Of a DNA stretch of 64,000 bases, positions 22,169 through 31,973 are shown in pieces. This stretch comes from Zootoca vivipara. Taxonomy: Eukaryota. Made by a program: the position numbers and the translations under genes. The stretch lies in the NCBI RefSeq assembly GCF_963506605.1, contig NC_083277.1, positions 7,812,001-7,876,000 of the forward strand. The letters run 5' to 3'. Each line of letters opens with the position of its first letter. Within the stretch, counting starts at the first letter, position 1. The notes beneath the pieces are model-generated. The model saw only the letters and a list, made by a program, of their open reading frames with translations. It was not told the origin of the DNA and ran no database searches.

Positions 22169-24170
22169 CCCCCTTTAAAAAATATATATATTTATTGATT
22201 TTACAAAATAGAACATACAACACAAAAACACACAGAAGAAATACACAAAAACATAAAAACAAATACAAAACACTACAATAAAAATATCAAAACATTATTC
22301 TATCGAAAAATTCTAACTTTGTCGACTTCCTCCCCTCTGTTTCATTATATTACGTCCTTAGTACTTCCATATCTTGATTGCAATCTTCTTAATAATTATC
22401 TTAACATATATATCACTTTCTACCTTATCAATCTTATAATCTCTTATAATTATCTCAAAATACAATTCTATTCTAATTAAATCTTAAAACTGAATACAAT
22501 AACAACACCTAACTAAATCTTAATATATAATAATAACTCAACTAATGCTCTTCCACAACCTCTTTATACTTCCAAAACTTTTAATAAAAACTATTAATCT
22601 TACAATTCTTTTCTAAATAAACTTTAAATTTATTCCAATCTTCTTCCACCGATTCTTCCCCCTGGTCCCGGAGTCTCCCAGTCAGCTCGGACAGTTCCAT
22701 AAATTCTATCAACTTCATCTGCCAATCGTCCACCGTAGGTACAGTGGTACCTCGCTAGACGAATTTAATTCGTTCCGACGGTCAATTCGTCCTACGAAAA
22801 ATTCGTCTTGCGAGGCACCATTTACCATAGGAATGCATTAACAGTTAATTAATGCATTCCTATGGCCTCTGGGGGACTGGCTGCAGTGGCGGTGCTTGCT
22901 TGCTTGCTTGGCTTATGGAAGGCAGGCAGACAGGCGGCAACAGCCCCGGAGCCTTGCCGGGCTGTTGCTGCCTGCCTGCCTGCCTTCCCTGAGCCCGGAT
23001 CTGTTCCTCCGCTTCTCCCCCCCTCTTCCCGCGCTAGTTCCCCGTTGTATTCCGCTGGTCTCTGCCGGTTGCCCCTCACTGCTCGCGGCAACCAGCAGAG
23101 ACCAGCGGAACACAAAGGGGAACCAGCTGCAGCGTGGAGAGAAGACAAAGGAAGACCAGCTGAGAGGCGCTGACAGCTCATCTTCCTTTGCCTTCTTCCC
23201 TTGCTACAGCTGGTTCCCCTTTCACTAGAGGAATACCCTGTAGGTTTTGTGATTGGAGGTCTTTATGGCCATGCTTCGCAAGACGAAGCAGTGGCCATAG
23301 AAAACCTCGTTGTCTTGCGAGGCAACCTCCGATCGCAAAACCCATTCGTCTAGCGAGAAATTCATCTAGCAGAGCATTCGTCTAGCGAGGCACCACTGTA
23401 CATCTTCAGTTTTCCAATTCTTTGCTAATACTATTCTAGCTGCTGTTGTGGCATACAGAAAAAACATATCTTTCTTAGGTAATTCCTCTCTAATTATCCC
23501 AAGTAAAAAAGCTTCTGGTTTCTTAACAAACGTGTTTTTCAACACATTCTTCAATTCATTATAAATCTTATCCCAGAAGCTCTTTACTTGGGGGCAAGTC
23601 CACCACATGTGGTAAAAGGTTCCTTCCACATTCTTACATTTCCAACATTTATTGTCCTGTTTATGATAAATCTTAGCTAGTTTTACCGGTGTAAGATACC
23701 ATCTATACATCATCTTTTCTTTTTTTAAAAACAATCTTTATTTTGATGTCTTAAAATAATACATCAAAGCAAAAAAAACCAAACAAATATATCCAATCAA
23801 CAAAAAAGAAAATTAAATACATCTATAAAAAAACAACCATTCAAAAACATAATTTATACAAATCATAATATAATACAAATAATACATTTTTAACAAAAAA
23901 AGAAAAAAGGAAAAGAAAAGAAAAACAGAAAAACAGAGAAAAAATATATATAATGATACCATCTCTACATCATCTTCATCATATTTTCTTTCAACACATT
24001 ACATGCGGTAAACTTCATATTCTTCTTCCATAACCTTTCCCAATCTTCCATCATTATATTATGCCCAACATCTTTTGCCCAATCAATCATTACCGATTTT
24101 GTTTGTTCATCTTTGGTATGCCTCTCCAGCAATAGATTATACATCTTTGAAAGATTCTTTGTTTTAGACT
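22169..24170 (-). mobile_element. 5'-truncated L1 (ORF2 C-terminus plus 3' UTR) carrying two younger insertions
   Basis: TSD AAAACTGCTCC (22158-22168, 24171-24181); ORF2 motif MYRWYLTP...KCWKC...FYHMWWTCP. Interrupted by a MITE at 22742-23398 and an AT-rich insert at 23717-23954 (22-bp TSD, 1 mismatch). Confidence 0.88.
22742..23398. mobile_element. Tc1/mariner-superfamily (Tigger/pogo-like) MITE
   Basis: TA TSD; 23-bp TIR CAGTGGT(A/G)CCTCGCTAGACGAAT. Confidence 0.88.
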
Positions 24171-24198
24171 AAAACTGCTCCTTTCCCCTAGAGCCTGT

Positions 24199-27100
24199 TG
24201 TTGTTGTTGTTTAGTCGTTTAGTCGTGTCCGACTCTTCGTGACCCCATGGACCATAGCACGCCAGGCACTCCTGTCTTGCACTGCCTCCCGCAGTTTGGT
24301 CAAACTCATGTTCATAGCTTCGAGAACACTGTCCAACCATCTCGTCCTCTGTCGTCCCCTTCTCCTAGTGCCCTCAATCTTTCCCAACATCAGGGTCTTT
24401 TCCAAGGATTCTTCTCTTCTCATGAGGTGGCCAAAGTATTGGAGCCTCAGCTTCATGATCTGTCCTTCCAGGGAGCACTCAGGGCTGATTTCCTGAAGAA
24501 TGGATAGGTTTGATCTTCTTGCAGTCCATGGGACTCTCAAGAGTCTCCTCCAGCACCATAATTCAAAAGCATCAATTCTTCGGCGATCAGCCTTCTTTAT
24601 GGTCCAGCTCTCACTTCCATACATCACTACTGGGAAAACCATAGCTTTAACTATACGGACCTTTGTCGGCAAGGTGATGTCTCTGCTTTTTAAGATGCTG
24701 TCTAGGTTTGTCATTGCTTTTCTCCCAAGAAGCAGGCGTCTTTTAATTTCGTGACTGCTGTCACCATCTGCAGTGATCAAGGAGCCCAAGAAGGTGAAAT
24801 CTCTCACTGCCTCCATTTCTTCCCCTTCTATTTGCCAGGAGGTGATGGGACCAGTGGCCATGATCTTGGTTTTTTTGATGTTGAGCTTCAGACCATATTT
24901 TGCGCTCTCCTCTTTCACCCTCATTAAAAGGTTCTTTAATTCCTCCTCGCTTTCTGCCATCAAGGTTGTGTCATCTGCATATCTGAGGTTGTTGATATTT
25001 CTTCCAGCAATCTTAATTCCGGCTTGGGATTCATCTAGTCCAGCCTTTCGCATGATGAATTCTGCATATAAGTTAAATAAGCAGGGAGACAATATACAAC
25101 CTTGTCGTACTCCTTTCCCAATTTTGAACCACTCAGTTGTTCCATATCCAGTTCTGACTGTAGCTTCTTGTCCCACATAGAGATTTCTCAGGAGACAGAT
25201 GAGGTGATCAGGCACTCCCATTTCTTTAAGAACTTGCCATAGTTTGCTGTGGTCGACACAGTCAAAGGCTTTTGCATAGTCAATGAAGCAGAAGTAGACG
25301 TTTTTCTGGAACTCTCTAGCTTTCTCCATAGTCCAGCGCATGTTTGCTATTTGGTCTCTGGTTCCTCTGCCTTTTCGAAATCCAGCTTGCACTTCTGGGA
25401 GTTCTCGGTCCACATACTGCCTAAGCCTGCCTTGTAGAATTTTAAGCATAACCTTGCTAGCGTGTGAAATGAGCGCAATTGTGCGGTAGTTGGAGCATTC
25501 TTTGGCACTGCCCTTCTTTGGAATTGGGATGTAGACTGATCTTCTCCAATCCTCTGGCCATTGCTGAGTTTTCCAAACTTGCTGGCATATTGGGTGTAGC
25601 ACCTTAACAGCATCATCTTTTAAAATTTTAAATAGTTCAGCTGGAATATCATCACTTCCACTGGCCTTGTTATTAGCAGTGCTTTCTAAGGCCCATTTGA
25701 CTTCACTCTCCAAGATGTCTGGCTCAAGGTCAGCAACCACACTATCTGGGGTGTACGAGACCTCCATATCTTTCTGGTATAATTCCTCTGTGTATTCTTG
25801 CCACCTCTTCTTGATGTCTTCTGCTTCTGTTAGGTCCTTACCACTTTTGTCCTTGATTATGGTAATCTTTGTACGAAATGTTCCTTTCATGTCTCCAATT
25901 TTCTTGAACAGATCTCTGGTTTTCCCCATTCTATTGTTTTCCTCTATTTCTTTGCATTGCTCATTTAAGAAGACCCTCTTGTCTCTCCTTGCTGTTTTTT
26001 GGAAATCTGCATTCAGTTTCCTGTATCTTTCCCTATCTCCCTTGCATTTTGCTTGCCTCCTCTCCTCCGCTATTTGTAAGGCCTCGTTGGACAGCCATTT
26101 TGCTTTCTTGCATTTCCTTTTCCTTGGGATGGTTTTCGTTGCTGCCTCCTGTATAATGTTACGAGCCTCCATCCATAGTTCTTCAGGCACTCTGTCCACC
26201 AAATCTAAATCCTTAAACCTGTTCCTCACTTCCACTGTGTATTCATAAGGGATTTGATTCAGATTGTATCTTACTGGCCCAGTGGTTTTTCCTACTTTCT
26301 TCAGTTTAAGCTGGAATTTTGCTATAAGAAGCTGATGATCTGAGTTACAGTCAGCTCCAGGTCTTGTTTTTGCTGACTGTATAGAGCTTCTCCATCTTTG
26401 GCTGCAGAGAATATAATCAATCTGATTTCGATGCTGCCCATTTGGTGATATCCATGTGTAGAGTCGTCTCTTGTGTTGTTGGAAGAGAGTGTTTGTGATG
26501 ACCAGCTTGTTCTCTTGACAGAACTCTATTAGCCTCTGCCCTGCTTCATTTTGAACTCCAAGGCCAAACTTGCCAGTTGTTCCTTTTATCTCTTGATTCC
26601 CTACTTTAGCATTCCAATCCCCTGTAATGAGAAGAACATCCTTCTTTGGTGTCATTTCTAGAAGGTGTTGTAGGTCTTCATAAAATTGGTCAATTTCACT
26701 TTCTTCAGCTCCGGTAGTTGGTGCATAAACTTGGATTACTGTGATGTTAAAAGGTCTGCCTTGGATTCGTATCGAGATCATTCTGTCATTTTTGAGATTG
26801 CATCCCATTACAGCTTTTGCCACTCTTTTGTTGACTATGAGGGCCACTCCATTTCTACTACGGGATTCTTGCCCACAGTAGTAGATATGATAGTCACCCG
26901 AACTGAATTCGCCCATTCCCTTCCATTTTAGTTCACTGATGCCCAGGATGTCGATATTTATTCTTGTCATCTCATTTTTGACCACATCCAGCTTACCTCC
27001 ACTCATGGTTCTTACATTCCAGGTTCCTATGCAATATTTTTCTTTACAGCATCGGACTTTCCTTTCGCTTCCAGGCATATCCGCAACTGAGCATCCTTTC

Positions 27101-27434
27101 GGCTTTGGCCCAGCCGCTTCATCAGCTCTGAATCTACTTGTACTTGTCCTCCGCTCTTCCTCAGTAGCATGTTGGACGCCTTCCGACCTGAGGGGCTCAT
27201 CTTCCAGCGTCATAACTTTTATATGCCTGTTGTCTTTGTCCATGGAGTTTTCTTGGCAGGGATACTGGAGTGGCTTGCCAGTTCCTTCTCCAGGTGGATC
27301 ACGTTTAGTCAAAACTCTCCACTATGACCTGTCCATCTTGGGTGGCCCTGCATGGCATAGCTCATAGCTTCTCTGAGTTATTCAAGCCCCTTCGCCACGA
27401 CAAGGCATTGATCCATGAAGGCATTGATCCATGA
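24199..27434 (-). mobile_element. Full-length BovB (RTE-clade LINE)
   Basis: 9-bp TSD AGAGCCTGT (24190-24198, 27435-27443); (CAA)n tail; BovB-type 5' end cttcatggatcaatgccttgtcgtggcgaagggg. Confidence 0.96.
24211..27243 (-). CDS. BovB endonuclease-reverse transcriptase, uninterrupted (1010 aa from the first ATG)
   Basis: APE endonuclease motifs GTWNVR, LGISE, GDWNAK, IDYIL, SDH; RT motifs FIDYAKAFD, GVRQGCILSP, YADD. Confidence 0.95.
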   Translation of the reverse strand: MDKDNRHIKVMTLEDEPLRSEGVQHATEEERRTSTSRFRADEAAGPKPKGCSVADMPGSERKVRCCKEKYCIGTWNVRTMSGGKLDVVKNEMTRINIDILGISELKWKGMGEFSSGDYHIYYCGQESRSRNGVALIVNKRVAKAVMGCNLKNDRMISIRIQGRPFNITVIQVYAPTTGAEESEIDQFYEDLQHLLEMTPKKDVLLITGDWNAKVGNQEIKGTTGKFGLGVQNEAGQRLIEFCQENKLVITNTLFQQHKRRLYTWISPNGQHRNQIDYILCSQRWRSSIQSAKTRPGADCNSDHQLLIAKFQLKLKKVGKTTGPVRYNLNQIPYEYTVEVRNRFKDLDLVDRVPEELWMEARNIIQEAATKTIPRKRKCKKAKWLSNEALQIAEERRQAKCKGDRERYRKLNADFQKTARRDKRVFLNEQCKEIEENNRMGKTRDLFKKIGDMKGTFRTKITIIKDKSGKDLTEAEDIKKRWQEYTEELYQKDMEVSYTPDSVVADLEPDILESEVKWALESTANNKASGSDDIPAELFKILKDDAVKVLHPICQQVWKTQQWPEDWRRSVYIPIPKKGSAKECSNYRTIALISHASKVMLKILQGRLRQYVDRELPEVQAGFRKGRGTRDQIANMRWTMEKAREFQKNVYFCFIDYAKAFDCVDHSKLWQVLKEMGVPDHLICLLRNLYVGQEATVRTGYGTTEWFKIGKGVRQGCILSPCLFNLYAEFIMRKAGLDESQAGIKIAGRNINNLRYADDTTLMAESEEELKNLLMRVKEESAKYGLKLNIKKTKIMATGPITSWQIEGEEMEAVRDFTFLGSLITADGDSSHEIKRRLLLGRKAMTNLDSILKSRDITLPTKVRIVKAMVFPVVMYGSESWTIKKADRRRIDAFELWCWRRLLRVPWTARRSNLSILQEISPECSLEGQIMKLRLQYFGHLMRREESLEKTLMLGKIEGTRRRGRQRTRWLDSVLEAMNMSLTKLREAVQDRSAWRAMVHGVTKSRTRLND

Positions 27435-27625
27435 AGAGCCTGTATAGAGTCCTTATGTAGGTTCAGTATCGGCAGGAGAAAAATAACAGAGGCCAACCAG
27501 AGAATATTGAGAAGCAAAACAGCTAGTGAGCCTGATCTTTATTAACTGTTGCAACAGGGTGCTCACACCCCACCCCCACGCAGGAGGGAGGAGGAACTCA
27601 GAACATTGGTATGCAAGCCCTTATA

Positions 27626-27853
27626 CAGTGGTACCTCTACTTACAAATAACTCTACTTACGAATATTTCTACTTACGAATGGAGCTCCATCCGCCATCTT
27701 GGATGCGGTTTAGATAGGATTTTTTCTACTTACGAATTTTTTCTCCCAATGCATTCCTATGGGATTCGACTTACAATTTTTTTCGACTTACAAATGTCCA
27801 TTCGGAACGCATTAAATGTGCATTCGGAACGCAATAAAGTAGAGGTACCACTG
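27626..27853. mobile_element. Tigger/pogo-like MITE (228 bp)
   Basis: TA TSD; TIR CAGTGGTACCTCTACTT. Confidence 0.85.
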
Positions 27854-28225
27854 TATAGACTTTTGAAATTGCCATCCTGTAGCTCAAGTCCACCCCCACA
27901 TCCTGGGGGATACATCACTGAAGGGGCAGTCTACAGCAGAAATCCTGTCTGCCAGAATACCTGATAATGGTCACTGATTGCATTACCTGGGCTATTCTTT
28001 TGTGATGGTAAATACTCAGTTTCTGAATCCAGGTCACAAGCTCACCCTATTCATACACAGATATGCCTTAAGACAGGATTTGTGAGCAAAGAGACAATGG
28101 AGAGGTTTTCCATTTTCCTTCCTCCTTGCAGAGAAACATTTGAGGTCAATTTGGGAGTCAAAATGGCTTCAGGATTGTTCCCCTGCATTATTTCAGACAC
28201 ATGGTTTATATACTTAATTTATATA

Positions 28226-29198
28226 CAGTGGAACCTCTACTTACGAATTTAATCCATTCCGAATGCACATTCGTAAGTAGAAACATTGTAAGTCGAAACG
28301 ATGTTTCCCATAGGAATGCATTGGGAATGGATTAATTCGTTCCGGAGCCTAGGAAAAAGACACTTTTAAAGTTTTAAGACTTTAAAAGGCATGCACAAAA
28401 ACATTACTGTACCTTTCAGTGCAGGGAGCGCGGGCGGGTGGCAGCGAGGCGGCAGGTTAGTGGTGGCAGCGGGGGCCTGATCCGGCCGTAGGCCAAGTGG
28501 GGGAGGCGAGGATCTGGTGGGAGGCCGGCCATAGGCGTCGACGGGGCCCGATCCGGCCATAGGCCGAGCTGCGTAGGCGGCGGGATTCCGCTAGCGGCGT
28601 CGGCGGGGCCCGATCCGGCCGTGCGCCGTGCGCCCAAGGCGACAGGAGGCCGCTAGCGGCATCGGCGGGGCCCGATCCGGCCGTGCACCCGAGGCGGCGG
28701 GAGGCCGCTAGCGGCGTTGGCGGGGCCCATCTGGCTGTGCGCCCGAGGCAGCGGGAGGCTGCTAGCGGTGTCTGCGGGGCCCGATCCGGCAGTGCGCCGT
28801 GAGGCTGAGGCGGCGTGAGGCCGCTAGCGGCGTCGGCGGGGCCCATCCAGCCGTGCGCCGTGCGCCCGAGGTGGCAAGAGGCCGCTAGCGGCGTCGGCGG
28901 GGCCCGATCCGGCCGTGCGCCGTGCGCCCGAGGCGGCGGGAGGCCGCTAGCGGCGTCGGCGGGGCCGATCCGGCCGTGGGCCGGGCGCCCGAGGCGGCGG
29001 GAGGCCGCTAGTGGCGGAGGCGGGGCTCGATCCGGCCGTGGGCCGGACGCCCGAGGCGGCGGGAGGGCGCTAGTGGCTGAGGCGGGGGCCCAATCCGGCC
29101 TTCGGATGTCGAAGAAATTCGTAAGCGGGCCCCAATTCACATCGTTCGTAAGTAGAATTTTTCGTAAGTAGGGTTATTCGTAAGTAGAGGTTTCACTG
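28226..29198. mobile_element. Tigger/pogo-like MITE (973 bp) carrying a GC-rich minisatellite
   Basis: TA TSD; TIR CAGTG(G/A)AACCTCTACTTACGAAT; TIR related to the MITE at 27626-27853. Confidence 0.87.
28470..29100. repeat. CpG-rich minisatellite, 55-62-bp unit, about ten copies
   Basis: Unit ~gcccgaggcggcgggaggccgctagcggcgtcggcggggcccgatccggccgtgcgccgt; tgcgcccgag recurs at 28861 and 28923. Confidence 0.88.
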
Positions 29199-29298
29199 TA
29201 CTTATATACTCTCTCTCTCTATCCTATATAATAAAGTCCCTGTGTCTCTGCGTCCCTGTGTCTGCGCTACTGCGCATGCGCCCCACGGACACAGGGAT

Positions 29299-29786
29299 TG
29301 GACGCAGAGACTTGGAGCGCAGAGACCGGCCCCTCCTCCGCCTCCTCCCGCTGTCCCAAGTGGTGACGGCCTCCTCCACCTCCCTTCTCCTGAGAAGAGG
29401 CCTCTGCCGCCGCCTCCCGCAGCACACCTCAGGTAAGCGCGCTGCCCCTCACTCTCCCACCTCGCTGCCCCGCATCACTCTGCCGCAGCAGGGAGGTGGA
29501 GGAGGCCGTCGCCACTCAGGACAGCGGGAGGAGGCGGAGGAGGGGCCAGTGGGCCTCAGGCGCTCGCCAGCGGGTGGGGCGAGCAGGAGCTGCGGCAGAG
29601 TGACGCGGGGGCGGCGAGGTGGGAGAGCGAGGGGCGGCACGCTAACCTGAGGCGCGCTGCAGGAGGCAGCGGCAGAGGCCTCTTCTCCTCAGGTGGAGAA
29701 GGGAGGTGGAGGAGGCAGTCGCCACTCGGGACAGCAGGAGGAGGCGGAGGAGGGGCCGGTCTCTGCGCTCCAAGTCTCTGCGTCCA
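29299..29786. repeat. Long imperfect inverted repeat (arms ~29299-29489 and ~29589-29786)
   Basis: The arms are reverse complements. The ORF track shows nearly the same peptide (WTQRLGAQRPAPPPPPPAVPSGD) on opposite strands. Confidence 0.88.
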
Positions 29787-29875
29787 TAATGCGAATGTTT
29801 TATTCATAATTTTGCTCTGAAGCTTCTGAACTTGTCATGCCTAATAAAGGTTATTGATTTGATTTGATATACACA

Positions 29876-31320
29876 CTAGCTGGCCCTGGCACGCATTGCT
29901 GTGGCTAATCCGTGATTGCCCCCATCCTGTCCTGATCCATGATCTATTCTGTCTGCTCCCCCCCCCCCGTCAGCTTATCCCTGTGAATCCCCCAAGTCCC
30001 TCTTCCCGGTAACCCCCACCCAGGGGAGGTGTGGTTCCCTGGGTGATCCTGGTATTTGGGGGGTGGGAGGGGAGGGTTGAGGAAAGGTGGGGGTCCTTGG
30101 GTGGTGTTGGTATTTGGGGGTGGGAGGGGTGGGTTGAGGAGAGGTGAGGGTCCTTGGGGGGTCTTGGTATTGGTTGGGGAGGGTATTGTGGGTAGAGGGT
30201 TGTAGTGGGGGTTTGTGGTGGGGCAGGATTCCGAGGGGGTTAGTGTCCATGAGGGTCATGGGTCTTTGATTGTGGAGAGGCGTGTGGAGGGTGTAGGTGT
30301 GGGGGTGTGGAGTGGGTTTGATTGGGGGGGAGGGGGCCGTGGGAGTTAGTTTGAAGAGGGCTAGGGCTGTTGTGGAGGCGGCCGGGTCCGTGGGGGTGGC
30401 TTTATTGGTGGCTGCAGGATCTGTGGGGTGGGGGGGATGGGTACGATCTCCGAGGTGGGGGTGGGTCCTGGAAGGCGGCGGGATCAGCGGGGGTGTGATC
30501 CATGGGGTGTGGGGTTGCTCAGGGGAGGGGGTTGTGGGAGGTAGTTTGGAGCGGGCTAGGGCTGTTGTGGAGGTGGCCTGGTCCGTGGGGGTGGCGTTAT
30601 CGGTAGACGGGATCCATGGGGTGGGCTTGCTTGGGGGGAGGGGGTCATGGGAGGTGGCAGGATGGGGGGCAGGATCTGTGGGGTGGGTGTGGAGTGGGCT
30701 TGGTCGAGGGGAGGGGGTCGTTGGTATGTGATCTCCTAGGCAGGCGCGGGTCCCTGTGGAGCAGCCTGGTCTCGGATGTGTGATCTCCGAGGTGGGATTG
30801 GTTCCCTGAAAAGCGGCTTGGTCTTGGGGCGGTTTGCTCTCTGTTGGAGGCGTGGTTTCCAGGGCGTGAGGGATTGTGGGAGTATGTTTGTCCGTTGTTC
30901 GTTGAATGTCCACTGGAGGGCGCACCTTTTTTGACCACAAATCCAGGTTTTTACCTGTGTTAGGTGTGTCAGTTGGTCAGTGTCAGTGCATGATTACCTG
31001 CTCACATATGAGTCTGAGGTTGTGGCCAAATTTCAGGACGATCGGGTAAGTGCTTGTGAGAGAAAATGGGGAATAACACACATGCACCTTNNNNNNNNNN
31101 NNNNNNNNNNNNNNNNNNNNNNNNNNNNNNNNNNNNNNNNNNNNNNNNNNNNNNNNNNNNNNNNNNNNNNNNNNNNNNNNNNNNNNNNNNNNNNNNNNNN
31201 NNNNNNNNNNNNNNNNNNNNNNNNNNNNNNNNNNNNNNNNNNNNNNNNNNNNNNNNNNNNNNNNNNNNNNNNNNNNNNNNNNNNNNNNNNNNNTTGCTGT
31301 GGCTCAATCTGTTAAATGGA
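29876..31320 (-). mobile_element. Non-autonomous Helitron-like element(s), probably tandem, spanning the assembly gap
   Basis: Minus-strand 3' end is an imperfect hairpin (gccacagcaatgcgtgcc) followed by CTAGT at 29875-29879. The same ttgctgtggct motif reappears straight after the gap at 31294. The interior is strongly G-skewed. Confidence 0.55.
31091..31293. other. Assembly gap (203 N)
   Basis: Run of n. Confidence 1.
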
Positions 31321-31973
31321 CCCTCAGAGTCCCCCTTCAGACTCCCCTCACCTTCAGAGGCCCCCTTCATTTTGTTTGAGATATTTTGCCCTCTCCTCTC
31401 CCCATCCTGTTCAATGTCTTTTACATCTAAGGTCTCCAGAGCAAGGAGCTATCCTGCTTGACATGGGTGAAGGGGTTCATTTTTTAGTCCTCTGTTAATC
31501 CAATGATGCATGCATTTTCACAGCTGCATAAGGTCTTGTGGGGAGAGGAAGGTTTCCTAGAATTGCAGAGTTGTGAGGTGCCCTGAGGGTCATCTAGTCC
31601 CACCCCCTGCAATGCAGGAAACATTTGCCGAACGTGGGGCTCAACCCAAAACCCTGGGATTAAGAGTCTCGTCCTCTGCCAAATCAGACATCTGGAAAGG
31701 AAAACAAGATTTGAAGGTGAGGAAATTTATTAAGACTCCTAAAATTGTGACTGTCTCTTTAAGAAGTAAGCTGCAGAGGGAATTCTGGGAAAAGGAACAT
31801 GCAAAGCAACAGCAGAGCCATTTTTGTTTTGTTATTTCTGCTGATTTTGACTGGAATGAATCCTCTCAAAGGTCCCCTTGAAAAATTGCCCTACGTGCTC
31901 TTGGCGGGCCAGTGTTTTTTATGTCAGTCACTCTGGTCTGGAGAGAAACTCCTGAGAGGCAGATTTAGTCTCC

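Noticed and set aside
24239-27367. Several plus-strand ORFs overlapping BovB (likewise antisense ORFs over L1, Copia, TRIM and SCAN exons)
   Set aside because: Antisense shadows of real coding sequence.
24199-27434. BovB as evidence of a new horizontal transfer or ruminant contamination
   Set aside because: BovB is a known resident of squamate genomes, and this copy has a TSD within lizard-type flanks. A transfer claim would need a phylogeny.
27456-28215. Possible solo LTR surrounding the 228-bp MITE
   Set aside because: TATA- and AATAAA-like motifs are present on the minus strand, but I could not define TG...CA termini with a convincing TSD.
28457-29140. 227-aa repetitive ORF; array superficially like CRISPR
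   Set aside because: Translation of a GC-rich minisatellite within a MITE. There are no unique spacers or cas genes, and the context is eukaryotic.
29975-30940. 321-aa Pro/Thr-rich ORF on the minus strand
   Set aside because: By-product of C-rich low-complexity sequence inside a Helitron-like repeat; non-ATG start and no recognisable domain.
30980-31461. ORFs containing long X runs
   Set aside because: Artefacts of translating through the N gap.
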